DNA of 63,047 nt, filler included, from Dugesia japonica (GCA_001938525.1; 6 parts of 6 records of this genome joined end to end with filler, not necessarily neighbours in it), one strand, 5' to 3'. Counted from the first letter of the whole stretch, positions 49,189 through 63,047 are shown. Notes: generated by a model not told the origin, from the letters alone. Made by a program: numbers and translations.

Positions 49189-52100
49189 TTATCCAATATC
49201 AATAAAAAACCAAACATTTTGATCAAAGCTTTTATATTAAACGAATTCTATAAAACGATCAATGGTTTTGTCCTACAATTATTCTCGCAATAATTGCAAT
49301 TGTAAAACTTAATTTAATAAGATTAACAACTTATTCAGTCATTATACTCAATACACTTAATATATTTATATTGTTCAATGTTGTCAACATATATGTCATT
49401 CATTAAATCAACGTAACAAAACTTGTCTAATTATATGAAGTACATGAAAATTCATAGTAATTTAATTGAATTATATGAAAATCCATAAAGATGTACTAGA
49501 TGTTGACATAATTTTTCAAATATTTACTATAAGTATATGAAGAATCTTAAACATTTACTAGAAGTATGCAAAAATATTTTAAAATTCACTAGAAGCATAA
49601 AGAATTTCTTGAAAATTTACTAGAAGTTGATTAAGTTTTCAAAATCCTATGTAAACAATGGGAAAATAATTCAAATATTTATTAGAAGTAATTAACAAAA
49701 ATTAAAAAAAATTACTAGAAGTATATAAAAATTATTAAAAAGTTACTAGAAGTATATGAACAATAAATATATTCATACACTTAATTTACTTAATTCATTC
49801 AATCAGAACATAAAAATATGTTTTCTCAATGCACTATTTTCGTTATATACATAATCTACTTTCTTAGTCTACTCAATTTACTTCATTAACCAACATAAAT
49901 ACAGTAAATCCACTCACTCAAAACATTCAATTTCATTTACAAAAGAAAATTTACAATATACACTTTATTAAATCCAATGATTCAAATACATACTATTTGA
50001 AACAGTATAATCATTAAACCTAATAAATTCAATCAACTTAATTTTTTTTACTCATTTTATTCACTAATTTCAATAAAGTATAATCTAATTTCATTATCAT
50101 ATACACTATTTTCATTAAATTGCGTACAAAACTACTTAAATCTCATGAATAATACAACAATTTTAATCAGTCATACAGAAAAGTTTAATAAGTATACACA
50201 ATTTCTCATTATTCTAACCAAACTTTCAATACAACAATATCACGTTCTATTCAAACTTCATTAAATCATACAAATATACTTAATTTTCAATAAAATATAT
50301 AGCAATTTTGTTGAGAAGTATACAAATTTTAATAAGTTTGCTAAATTATAGCATTTTGTGCAAAATGTGTTTTTCTCATATATATGCATTAATTCCATCA
50401 AAAACATACAAATTATAGTCAATTTATCCATCTAAAACAACTTAAAATTAGTCATTCAAACCGATTTAATCTATTCAGTTATGACTTTTTTCTCATACAT
50501 GTGTAATATAATTACAATATATGTGCAACAGAACAAGAATCAACTATGGAGTAATCATTGTCCACTGTGTGAAATCTAATATCCATAGGAGAAAAATAAT
50601 AACTTCATAATAGAAAATAGACACTTCCTCATGGAAATACATGATTTATCTCAGAACATACATGTTTCCTCACAGATTATACAGGTTTCATCTTAGAATT
50701 TATACGAATCATTATAGAAAATAAGAGTTTTACTATGGAAAATAAGATTTTAAATTATAAAATATTGGTTTAACGTAAAAGTTGATAGTTTAATCATGAA
50801 AAATGTAGATTTCATTAAAATAAGCAATAAATTTCAATAGGATAAATACTCATTTTTTACAATTCTTCACAAATCTTACCTTTTACTATAATATATATTA
50901 ATTTCATACAGATATTATTAGATTTTTGATGCAATTAACTATTATAAATTGAATTTATTCAATAATTATATCATATAGGACCATAACATCCATTAAACTA
51001 GATACATTCAATAAACTTTTTATTGAAACTTGACCCGGGGCATCAAGATTTAATTCCATTTTGGTAACTTATTAGTTCAAATTTATCAAACATTACATAG
51101 AAGTATATGAAAATTTATATAAATTACATGGAAGTACAGAAAATATTTCATTCACATACTCTATTTACTTAAATCAATCTCTCATACTCTCCTTTTCATC
51201 TATCAATCATTCGCATAATCTAATATAAGTAGATTTAATAAACAATATACACGAATAATTGAGTCTAAAGTCTGTTAGGCGCATAATTTGATTCAATAAT
51301 TTGAGTTTAATCATTTTAATCTAGTTAAAAATTCTAATCCAAGACATAAAAATAATAATCTATCATGTAAAACTTTTAGCCAATACATTGAAATTCCTAA
51401 TTCATTTATGAAAATTGAAACCTATCACACTAAATTTAACCTATCAAACAAAATAAAGTTATAAATCATTATACAAAACTTAATTCAACACAAAAATTCA
51501 AAGCTGATATACAAAAAATTATGATCCAATACATAAAAATTATAAAAAATTACAGAAAAGTCTAAACCAATACTCAGAAATTGAAAACCAACGTACAAAA
51601 TAGTAACATATATCACATTAAAATTCAAAGCTAACTTATAAAAATTAATACTCAAAATGAAAAATAATAAACTCATGACTTGAAATTAAAAATTAATTCA
51701 CTAAAATTCTTAACCGATACACTAAATTTCTTAACCAATCATATGAAAATTTATCTCATCACACCAAAATCTTAATCATTACACTAAAATTAATCAATGT
51801 GAAACTAAATTGAATCACTCGAAAGTTAACTATCAACTAATTATATTAGGGATATAATTAATTGACTAATTAATTTAAATAATATATGTATTTATATTTA
51901 TAAATGTATTTATATTTGTGTCACATAATTCGCATCATAAACTCTTCGAAAGATAATTAATATCCCATCTTATGTAATAATAAGAAGTGGAAATTATTAT
52001 ATCATAATTTAACCTATGATAAATCAAATCATAGGTTGAGATTTGCTACATATATATTTCGATGAATTAGAAGTTATTCAGAATATACTTTGATATCTAA

Positions 52101-55100
52101 TAAATATTTATAATAGATTGGTGTTGTATCTTAACCTAACAACTTAAAAGTAAATAATATACTGATAAAGGAATACATTTCACTATAACCACTAAACATT
52201 TGATACTTGAAGTTATAAGATTACTAAATTTCACCTTCTTGACATTAAAAATCTACTTATTGAAACCAAAACTTTGACTGATATTAATTTAATCAAGCAA
52301 TTAATTTTAATGTTTATTAATTTAATGAATATTTCGATCTAACTGCACTAGTAAAGAACCCGTAAAAATACTTTGTCAATCTATCTCATGTATTTTATTT
52401 ATCAATCAATCATCTATTTGAACAGTTACAATCTATTTAATGTAATTCAATCCATCATTTATGTATCTAAATATTCTCATAATTTACTCTATAGTTTTTG
52501 CAAATCAATCAAATAAAATTTTAACCCAATATAACATGTGCAAACCTTAACATAAAATAAAACTTACTACAGAATTAATTCAAAATTAATTAATTTAATC
52601 CATCACATGGAAATTATAATCAATCATTCTAAAATTCTAAATTAATACACCAAATGTCTATGTCAACACACTAAATTTTCAATCAAACATAAAATTGTAA
52701 CACATTATATTAAAAGTATAATCTGTCATACAAAAAATAATCCAAATCAATACATAAAAAGTAATTTAGTTATCTAAAATTAATACTATAATTTAAAAAT
52801 AAACAATAAATATATAAAAATCTAAACTAATACATACAAACTTTTAAGACATCACAAGGAAAATTGTAATCAAAAACATAAAACTTTTAATCCATCATAC
52901 AAATATCTAAACGAATATATTAAATTTTGAAACCAATACAATAAAAATTCTAAGATAGCACAATAAAAATTGAAACACATTACTTCAAATTTATAAACCA
53001 TCATACAAAAATCTAAACTAATACATAAAAATTCGAAACCAGCTTATAAAATTTTAACCCATAATACAAATTTTTTAAACTTACACTAAAATTTTAAGCC
53101 TACACAATACAAATTGTAACAAATTACACAAAAAATTTTACTTTACATGTAAAAATTTCAACTTTTGACACGAAATTGATAACTAATATACTAATCTTCA
53201 TAGCCAACACTTTAAAATTCAAAATCAATAGATAAAAATCAAACTAATGCACTGAACCTTTACACCAACTACATTAAAAATTGTAACACATAAAAATTAT
53301 TGTTCATCATATAAAAGTCTAAACTAATACACAAAATTTTCAATAAAACTTATGAAATTTTAACTCATGATACAAATATTTTAAANNNNNNNNNNNNNNN
53401 NNNNNNNNNNNNNNNNNNNNNNNNNNNNNTTAATTAATTAANNNNNNNNNNNNNNNNNNNNNNNNNNNNNNNNNNNNNNNNNNNNATTTAAAAATACTTC
53501 ATGTGCCTGATTTATAATTTCACCAGTGGGTCTGCTTATCAAATTACCCGTTTGCAAATACTTATATTTAATACTTATTATTAAAAGTAGATTCTTTCAG
53601 GAATTTATTATATAATTATAACTATATAATTTTTTTACTTATTTGTAAGTAATAATAATAAGTAATATTTGTAAGTAATACTTATTTGTAAAAATAATCC
53701 GGATGCAAAGTGAGGAGATAAGAGAAAATGAGGAGTGCAAAATAATGTAAAGTGATGTAGAGAGGAGAATTTTTTTAAAATTTATATTATGTTCGTTATT
53801 AATTTCATATTACTATAATTATAATTGTGATATTATGAAATTAAACAATCAATAAATATTTTTGATTGTTTAATTTCATGTCTAATATGTGCTAAATGAT
53901 AGTTAAATGATAATAAATATAACATATGAAATGTACATATCGAATCTAGCTTAGCATAGTTAAAACTACGAAAGCTGTTCGTTAAGTTCAATTATGATTG
54001 GTTTCGGATGGATGCTAACAGATGTAGATGTTTATGATATGAGACCATACGTGAACAGTCGGAATAACAGCTGCCCTATACATAATTTCAGTCAGCTCAA
54101 ATCATTAAAATATACATATAACTCATTTTTGCAACACAAGCTGCCCCCTGGGAACTTAGACTGCCCGAACAAAAATCTAAACTACCAAAACAAAAATATC
54201 AAAAAACTACCCCCCCATCTTTTTCAAACATTGATTTGTAAATATTCACGCACACTCACACCCCTTGAAAATGAAACTCAAACTTTTGTCAATCCCCCAT
54301 TTTTCCCTCTATTCTCAGAAAATAATTTTCACCACATCAAACAGCAAAACCTTTCAAAGTCATATGCGCGATAACTCATTTCCATGGGCCAGTTTTCATT
54401 AATTTTAAACAAAATGTTACTATTTTTCAAGTGGATATATGTTATGACACAAATAAATGCAACAATAACGATGAGGATTACTTGTTTATATAAATAATTA
54501 AGGAGAACAAGAGCAATTATTTCATCAAGATTTGAAGTTACTTGTGAAATATTTAGATATTTATTAGAGAATTTTTTGTGAAGTTTTATTTTTTTTATTT
54601 CTAATCAATACAAATTTTATTTGATTTTACCTAAAATTTATCTTAAAATTTGTTATTTTCATTATTTTAATATAAAAAACAATAAAATAATATAAAATAC
54701 CAATTAAGTGTAAACAACGAAACGGATTTTTAAAGATTGAAATATCAATGTTGGAACTAATTTTTTTAGATTATATAAATAAAAAAAAAATTTTACAATG
54801 TCAAATGATTTTATTGTAATTATAATTATATAATAATTATAAACTATGATTTTCTCTGAAAAATTATATTTTTGATGCAATTTGTTGCAATAAACTCTAT
54901 TAATATTAAATTATGATTTACACGAAAAATTAATAAACTTTAAATATTTTGAAAATATAGAATTTTATTATAAAAGACTTACATTTAAATTTATATATTA
55001 TATAAAAATTTTAAAATAAATATGTTAACTTAACATGTTTAATTATAAATAGCTGCAAATTGTATTCGAGTTACTGCTCCCATACAGAACATAATGACGA

Positions 55101-55399
55101 TTGCCATACTATATAGAAAAAAATTATGGACAATTATATTATGAGAAAAGATAATACATTTTTCCAAAATGTAAAACAATAAGTTTAGGCGACTGAATAA
55201 TTTTTTATAATAAACATTCACAACATTTAAATCAATTAAGGGCAATAAGAAAAATTTATTTAAAACTAGTATTAATATTTTAATACTAATAAGCAAATAA
55301 ATTTATTTGTTTAAATATTGTGATTGAAATAAACATTACCCATTCAAAAGTTGTTATTATAGCAAAATCAATTAACAATAATGGTGTCAGAAGTGGCGA

Positions 55400-55495
55400 A
55401 GAAAACCAAATCCAAATCAGAATGCCAAATTACTTATCAAACCCAGCAAATTGGTTTTCCCAAGTGCATGCATCTTTTGAAAAATTTAAAATCAA
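55400..55495 (+). pseudogene. Possible gypsy gag N-terminal fragment
   Basis: IRMPNYLSNPANWFSQVHASF resembles the VKLPxFxxxNPxxWFxQxEAxF gag motif. Confidence 0.4.
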
Positions 55496-57889
55496 ATATT
55501 CATATATTCGAAAATTTTAATTTATTATTAAATCAAATTTCTTTTCAGTCAAAATTCAAAATTTAAAAGCAAATATTCGTTTTTAAAACTTTTTATCTAT
55601 AATTTAAATCATTTTTGAAATAAAAGATTTTTTAAAAAAATTATCACCAATCACACAAAAATTTCAACTTGCTTTTCAAAACATACTCACAGTATTATAA
55701 TATTATATGATGTCAGAACATTATAGGAAATCCGAATTGCAAAATTTAATAGTTATTCAAGTCATTGTTTTATATTAAATAAAAATATTACTTTAGAAAC
55801 CTTGTGCCGATTCAAATCGCAAATAAAATATTATGTTGACATCATCACATTAAATTCTGGTTTTTAGATCGCATTATATCCTATTAAATGTTATTAAAAA
55901 TTTCTTTTCGATAGGAAGTGAAAGCTTTATGTTTGTGTCATACTTTCATTATTCAAAGTATTCATTCAATACTATGATTCTTAATTACTCGTATAAGATT
56001 TTCATAAAATAATAAGAGTATATGCTATTTTAACTACAATCATTAAATTTATTAATAGTTATACAGCGATAGATATTTTTGAACGAATCATTTAATGAAA
56101 AATTAAATAATCAAATCAACCAATTCCATTAGAAAAAACCTTTAATAGATTTAAAAGGAATTCGTCTTAAAATACAGTATGAAATTAAAACATTAATAAT
56201 AAGAAGAGGTCATTTTGCGATCATAACCAGCAATATGAGTAAATTATTCAACTAAAATCATTTGAACTATCTGAGTATTCTAAAAATAAGCAATAATTGC
56301 TACTAATAAGCTATTGAATAAGTATTACTTGCTTGTCCCTTTGTTGGTCTAACTGATGAAAATATCAATGTCTTAATTTAATGTATTAAAAATATCTAGT
56401 TTAAGATTCTTATATTCAACGATGAAACCAATGTTTCCGTGAAAAAACAAATGTTTCCATTATAAAAGCCACATTTTCATGATAAAACCAGTATTTTCAC
56501 GATAAAAACCCTGTTTTCCATAAAACTTATATTTGCATAATAAAACCAGTATTTTCATGATAAACTCGATGTTTTAAATGATGAAACTATAACTTTAGCT
56601 ATTGAAACTAAAATTTTCAATGATGAGATCAATATTTCTAATTATAAGATCAGTATTTTGTATGTTGAACAATGTTTCAACAATATTCTTTAACAATGTA
56701 TTTCAATGTTGTGTATTTAAAATAAAAAAGAAACCTATAAAACAAAAGTGCAAGCAGGGTTGCCAATGAGCAAGCAAAGAAGTTGAAGTATAATATGATT
56801 ATTAAAATATACTGAAATATTTTTATTATTTTAAATATAATGCACTTTATACTTGGTCTCACTCAGTCTTATTGTCTTCCTTTATTAATATATGTCACTT
56901 TTTAAAGATTATTGATGTGAGGTCTATGAAAATATGAAGTAAAAATATGCATTAAGACACAATAGAAAATAGAGAAAATATAGCTAAATGTGGATAAATA
57001 GGAGTAAATCAGGCAAATACGAGTAAATGACTAAATTATGGCAAAATATGTTAAATCGTGTGACAAATAGTGTATAAATTAAACATACTAAATGACAATG
57101 TATAGAATAAATGCAGTATAATTAGTGACTAGATTTACTCTATTAAATATAGTCCAAACTCATATTTTCTAATTGTAAAATTTGAATTTTTTTATGATAA
57201 GTCCATTATTTTCTTGTAGTGAAACTTGTGTTTTCATTAACGAAACGGAATAATAATGTATAAATTATAGTCAAAAGATTGATTTTATTGATTGATAATT
57301 TGGTATTTAATGGAACAAGAAACCAATAAAAACCAAGGTGCACACAGAGTTGCCATAGAGCAAGCAAGGAACCAAGAATCAATCAAGGAGTCAAGAAGCA
57401 AGCAAAGATGAATGCAAATAGTGAAGGATTTAATTGAAGGGAATACCTATATTTAACAAGATAGAACTATTATGTTCATGTTGAAACCTATATTGATATC
57501 AAGTTGTAATGGACTTAATCCTTTGTCCAATAAAATAAACCATGAGTCATTATTATCATTTAAAACCTTTTATAAAAATATAAAGAAAATGTGGGTAAAT
57601 CCTGTAAAATATGAGAAAATCAGGCAAATTAGACCAACGTAGTGTTGGGGTCCCACCTGAGACGTGACAGTGACTGGGGAAGAACAGTCCTCAGGGGAAC
57701 CCTTTCAAGAATTTAATCCTACCGTCCCTGTGGTAGGTTTTCAGTTTACTGCGGTTGACCTTACCCTTGATGGAAGGTGCACGCCAATAAACCTTTAGTT
57801 TGGGTTCTATATACTTTCCATATTACTATTTAAGAGAATTAAACAATTTCTTACAATTCGAATTAAAATATTTATTATCAAAAGAACAT

Positions 57890-58262
57890 TTAAATCAGAT
57901 CTAAGGCGCCCAGATCTAACCATTGATCGGGGGTGGTGACCACAAAGTTAAATGCCGCAATATCGTCATTCTCATCCCACGGTGTGACGTTGGGATTGCC
58001 GATCTGATTGGACAGGCCAGCAATATATTGCTTCAAGAAATCTATCTTGCGTTGTAAAAGGAGTTTGTTTTAGTTTTAGTTTGAGTGGCGAAGTCAGCTT
58101 GCTTTTTCACTATTGTATTCAACCTCTTAATGAGCTTATCCCTCTGGCTTAAATGTCGAAGTAGAGCCTGGTTGGTTTTGCGTCTTACATGCCGGTCTAC
58201 TAACAAACGACGCATGATGCGGTGAAAACGGCGTAAACTGGTAGGAAATTGGATGCGAGGCA
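57890..58262 (-). pseudogene. Cassette ORF1 (copy D), one frameshift
   Basis: tttttag|TG-PRIQFPTSLRRFH...ALLRHL / KQYIAGL...PWDENDDIAAFNF. Confidence 0.85.
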
Positions 58263-58411
58263 CTAAAAATGAAAATTAACATCAATTCGAGAAAATTTCT
58301 TAATAGAAAAGTTTATACAAATACTGGCTACTATTAGAAGATTCAAAGAACAAAACAAGTCAAAATAGCAAATTTTATTAGCAAGGTGACCAATCAATGG
58401 CTTTGGGGTGT

Positions 58412-58754
58412 TCATGTGCCTTTATCCACCATCAAAGGTTCTAATGGCATAGTCACCTTTAGTTTGAGAATATCATTTATCAGTTTATTTTCGCGGTCTT
58501 GATAGGACCGGATCATTTTAGTCAAGGACTCTACCTGACATTTCCATACCCGCTCCTGTGTATGGGATGCCTCAACCTCCTTGCGAAACGCCACACACTT
58601 CTTCCTATAACGACTCACTTTACTACTGGCGTTGGCAGTGTCAGCTTCCCACTTACGCTTGGCTAATCGATACAAGTCCCATGACATCTCGCGATCTCAC
58701 TATCCTCGCGTATCTTTTTCGTAGGAGCCAAACTGCGATTCAAGGAGGAATGCA
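58412..58754 (-). pseudogene. Cassette ORF2 (copy D), 5' frameshift
   Basis: tttag|TG-HSSLN / MSWDLYRLAKRKWEAD...KCVAFRKEVEASH...LEPLMVDKGT. Confidence 0.85.
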
Positions 58755-58934
58755 CTAAATTTACATAATCAGATATTGAATTCCATACCTTAAAGGTGAA
58801 ACAAATATTTTTAATTAATTTAAAGAGCTCGTAGCAAATAGCCTATTATTACAGTAAACAAATTAAAGGAAAATGACAACGATGTATTCTCAGAACACAA
58901 AAACATATAACCCAACAAAGGCTGGATGACCAAT

Positions 58935-59338
58935 CAAGCTGAAGGTTCGGCATTCTCAACCGAACCACCACTTGCCTGGTTACGGAGCTACCATAAGTTA
59001 TTTCCAAGATCGATCGCGAAACTGGTACTTCGAGATAGATGACCAAGTGGAACTGGAAGCAAGGAAGGTCCGTCTTGCNAATGAGTACTAACATGATTAA
59101 TTAATGAGTCAACCATCGTGACTTGATGAAGGACTTCACGGCTACGATCAGGGCCTGCCCATTCATAGTAAGCCCGGCGCTCTGCGGCCGCCCATTCTCT
59201 CTCATTTTCTGCTTCTTCTGGTGCTAAATTAGAATAATCCACCATGATGCCGGCATTGCGGTCATGTGGATTACGATAACGTTTGAAAACAGTTCGTCTA
59301 GTATACCGATCCCACAATACTTCCCATTTAAAATCCAT
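58935..59338 (-). CDS. Cassette ORF3 (copy D)
   Basis: MDFKWEVLWDRYTRRTVFKRYRNP...EAENEREWAAAERRAYYEWAGPD...NNLW. The 3' end is uncertain. Confidence 0.8.
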
Positions 59339-59528
59339 TTTTAAGTTCTATAATAAATAGTGGATTAAGCAAGATCACAAAACAACAACAAAAGGAAATA
59401 GTGAAAAACACTTAATTAACATTCAATTTTTTATTCAAGATGAGTAAAGCACGAATTAACAAACGCAGTTAATTATTACGGCCATTTGATTAAATTCGCG
59501 TGACTGGGGACTTGATTTGGAGAGTGGG

Positions 59529-59711
59529 CTACTCTTCATCTATGTCCGCCTTATGTTCAAGGGGAAACATCTCAACGAAACACTGTAGGTCTGTTTCGTC
59601 GGGGTGTTCTATGGCTCCATGGGTCAAGTAGTGAGCAATTAACTGCTTGAGTCTAGCGGCTTGACGACGACGTTTAATCCACTTCAACATGCGGCGCAAC
59701 TTTGCTGGCAT
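59529..59711 (-). CDS. Cassette ORF4 (copy D), intact 60 aa
   Basis: gttttag|CCG-ATG, then RLKQLIAHYL...IEHPDETDLQCFVEMFP. Confidence 0.85.
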   Translation of the reverse strand: MPAKLRRMLKWIKRRRQAARLKQLIAHYLTHGAIEHPDETDLQCFVEMFPLEHKADIDEE

Positions 59712-61114
59712 CGGCTAAAACAGAAATTATTACGATATTTACACTAATATCTTATACTTGCTAAAACAAGGGAAGACATTATTATCTCAAACTGTAGCAG
59801 GGTTGATGTACTAAGATTTTACGCATTGGGCATATGAACGGCGTAGATATCGCGCAGTGTGACGAGTTTACTTCCTAATTGATGTGTAAGATATTGCCGT
59901 GAGTGTCTTGGACTAAAATTATACTTGGTCAAGTGTCAAACAACCTTTTACGGTTGGCATTAACCATGCCCAATGGTCTAATACTCAGTGAAATCCCCAT
60001 TATCTGTGTTATTAAAATAATTTTGGAATTCATTTTGCCGATCGTGGGGAGGGTTGTAACTATTTTACTGATAACGACAAACAATAAATTTAGTACCTTC
60101 ACGGGTGATAATACTGGTGATCGATGCTAAGTCCAGTAATAAGCATAAAATAGATATCCCAATAATAATGATAGTATTATCGCTATTCATAAGAATAAGC
60201 ATGATAAGAATTCTATAATCGAATTAATACTAGTGATAATAAAAAAAAATTTAATAATATTAGTGAGACGACGGATAAATTATAATACGGAGATAAGTGA
60301 TATCCACCTTACGAAATATGATCAATTTTATTTTCTCTAAAATAAAGCAAGTTATCGTGATCATTGCTGATGTCATCGTGTACTTTTCCATCACTAATTA
60401 CTTGTATGTGTGTCTGGACCTATTGTGAATTCGATCACGTTCCACACACATTATCAATGCATCACCAATAAGATGAGTTTTCCTTCCCTTTTCTGTGAGT
60501 AATCGATGCTCAGTAATTCGGTTAGTTTAGATAAGTTGTGCAGTGATATTGGTAATTTATTTCATATTTTTAGAAATTGGTTATTTGTCTTTAAACTTAG
60601 AGTTACAAATGTGATTACTGGTATCAATTACGGATAAATCTCAATCAGATCTGTCAACTTCATCCGCATCTCCTAATTGGCCTTAATCAATTAAGCTAGT
60701 AATTCTATGGAAATTTATTCGTTCAAGTGATATAATCTCCTTTTTTCGTGATGGATCTCTTTGTGGATTTTTATTCATAATACTATGCTCTGAAAAATAT
60801 GTTACTGTAATGTCGATATTTATGTGTCTTGATGAGATTAGGGTTTGATTTATCAGAAGGTATTAATTATTCTTAACAATCTGGATCGAATGGCAGGTTC
60901 TAGTAAGTAATGTCTATTGGTATAAGTGCATTTATGCTAAAAATAAATATTGTGCCATTCATCGTCTTTTTATTAATATTTCTCTTTTTATTATAAAATT
61001 TGAAATAATAATATCACATAATCTTACATAGCTAATTTAAAATATTAAATTATAATATGATAAATTTTATTAACACATATCGATTATTTCATACCCAATA
61101 ATAAAAATTAACGA

Positions 61115-61828
61115 TTACTTGAGAATGAATGGTAGGATTTCTGCAACGGTGGAACAACGGCTAATAGTCGAAAGCTTCTCTTTTTATATATTTTCACTGA
61201 GCTCGCCTTCTGAATTCGTGAAATTCATCTGCTTTAATTTGGAGGTTTAACTTCTGCAACTATTGTAAATGTGATGATATCAACTAGTGATTACCGTTTT
61301 CTTCTTCGCAAGGTTTATTAACTTGAGATAATTTTCGTTGTCGTAACTTATTCAACCGAGAGTTCGTTAAGCATAATTCTTGAGTTGAGATTTTTTCGTG
61401 TTAGTCGCGCAACTTGGTAAAATAAAAAATTTTTATTCGTTTTTTGACTTGAAAACTGGAGGTCCTTATATGTGGTTTTCTGGACACCCCAACTAAGTTC
61501 AGATTTGCCAGTATTTTTAGACCAGCTCCTTTTCAATTTTATTGGTNNNNNNNNNNNNNNNNNNNNNNNNNNNNNNNNNNNNNNNNNNNNNNNNNNTGGT
61601 GCCATGATTGGCAACTATTTTTAGAGCAGCACCTGACATCGATGTCTTTGTTTTATTTTTATTTTCTGGATGTTCATTGGCTGGTTTTTGGATTCCTTAC
61701 TGTACCCCTCTGGAAGGTGGTACGTTTTTCTTTTTTAAGATTCTAGTTGCACCGGCTTATTTTCTGTTCAATTTTTCTTGTTTGAACTTTTTCTGACGTC
61801 CTGGGCTGGAGTTATCGGTAAAAAACAT
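61115..61828 (-). pseudogene. Cassette ORF5 (copy D)
   Basis: attag|ATAAAAAT-ATG, KTKTSMSGAALKIVANH, and end TVAEILPFILK*. Confidence 0.65.
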
Positions 61829-63047
61829 ATTTTTATCTAATTTTGTTTATTTTTTGTTTGAAATTAATTAATTTTTCTACATTAATTAATNNNNNNNNNN
61901 NNNNNNNNNNNNNNNNATTATTTCTTTTATTTTATAATTTCTTTTTAATTTCTAATCGTAAACAACTTCCGTTTTTCATATCCTTTTTTGATTTTGTTAC
62001 GTTTTCTTTTTATGGCTGCTTCTGATACTTTATTTCCTTTTTTGCTGACTATTAGATTCGACGTTGCCTTATTTCATACTTTAGTGGGTGTTTTACCCCA
62101 ACAGTAGTGTAAATGAAGGCAAAGCTAGGTTAATAGGGTTAAAACAGGGGAAAACAATGTGAATAGGGTAAATTGTAGTAAATTACGGTAATCAGGGTAA
62201 AATAGGATAAAAACAGGTTTAAAATATAAAAGTTTATGAAGAATATGGTAAAATAAGATAAATTGGGCAAATTATTGAAAATTCTGGCAAAATTAGACAA
62301 AAACAAAGTTAAAAGAGAGAAATTAAAGAAGAAATATTTGAATTTTAAACCAATAAATGACTATAAAATATTATGAAAATCAAGTGACTCCTCCGAGGAA
62401 TAATAATATCTNTTTTTGATTCTCATTTANAAATAACCATTAAATAATAATTACATATTAATATAACAAAGTAATGACTAATATTTATTCAGATCTTATC
62501 ATTTACCCTTGAAATTCGATAAAATCTTCAATTATTTGTTTAAGGATTACAAACTTAAATTTTTCGCATAACCAAATTCTTTTCTATATTATTGTTATCA
62601 ACTTTTATTACACATTTAATATCTATTCCAAAACAATCATAGACTTTGCTCCAATATCTTTCTTGATTCCCATTTTGTGATAGTTTTTTTTAGATTTTTA
62701 AATTTACTTTCCAAAATGGTTTTTATAATTTCTAAAAAAATTAATTAATTAGTTAATTCAAATAAACCATACATTTCTTTTCAGTATATAGAAATTGATC
62801 GTCTTCAGAATCAACATACCAATTTTCATCATCTGATTTCTCTTCAAAATCGAAATATTCTCTTTCATCTTCGCTATTATAAGGCATTGATTCATTTTCC
62901 ATTAAATTTCTAATTTGTTCGCTCATTATTCTTATTTATCCTAATAATAATTCGATTTAGTTTTTAATTTCTGAAATCTAATATTATAAGTTTAATTGTT
63001 TAAATACAGTGTTTGCATGAAATGAAAAACTTTCAAATTTATTTAAA

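Larger units (their letters stand above)
57643..62103 (-). mobile_element. Complete 4461-bp solo-LTR-like element with five-ORF cassette (copy D)
   Basis: 9-bp terminal inverted repeat TGTTGGGGT...ACCCCAACA, and TSD GTAG at 57639-57642 and 62104-62107. No gag/pol or transposase inside. The strand shown is that of the ORFs. Confidence 0.88.

Noticed and set aside
49300-53385. Long strand-skewed A/C-rich tract with weak periodicity
   Set aside because: Looks like decayed tandem repeats, with no coding or structural signal I can support.
53994-54374. 126-aa ORF
   Set aside because: No motifs or homolog in the window. It overlaps a C-rich, transposon-end-like sequence.
57643-62103. Interpretation as a Ginger or other DNA transposon (TGT ends, 4-bp TSD)
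   Set aside because: Only a 9-bp terminal inverted repeat and no integrase/transposase. A solo LTR fits better, though this is not proven.

Overview
AT-rich eukaryotic DNA, probably a planarian/flatworm (inferred only from composition, a netrin exon and the repeat types). It is six contigs joined by artificial N44-TTAATTAATTAA-N44 linkers, so adjacency across 10.7, 25.4, 34.4, 44.7 and 53.4 kb is unverified. One host exon is recognisable: the netrin C-terminal NTR exon at about 35.9-36.3 kb. The rest is mobile DNA. (1) Decayed Polinton/Maverick (adintovirus-like) genes at 0.2-11.2 kb: pPolB, adenain-like protease, major and minor capsid, packaging ATPase, core-like proteins and an intact TBP-like gene. 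Seven Polinton-type termini are scattered through the window. (2) Mariner, hAT, gypsy and Penelope remnants. (3) The main find: a ~4.5-kb LTR-like element (TGTTGGGGT...ACCCCAACA, 4-bp TSD, complete at 57643-62103, five or more partial copies). It carries a co-oriented array of small orphan ORFs, nearly all with their own splice acceptor and poly(A) signal. Seven of these exons begin ag|TG, so the start codon appears to be completed by an A from a shared leader exon. One element end carries a conserved multi-hairpin with compensatory changes.
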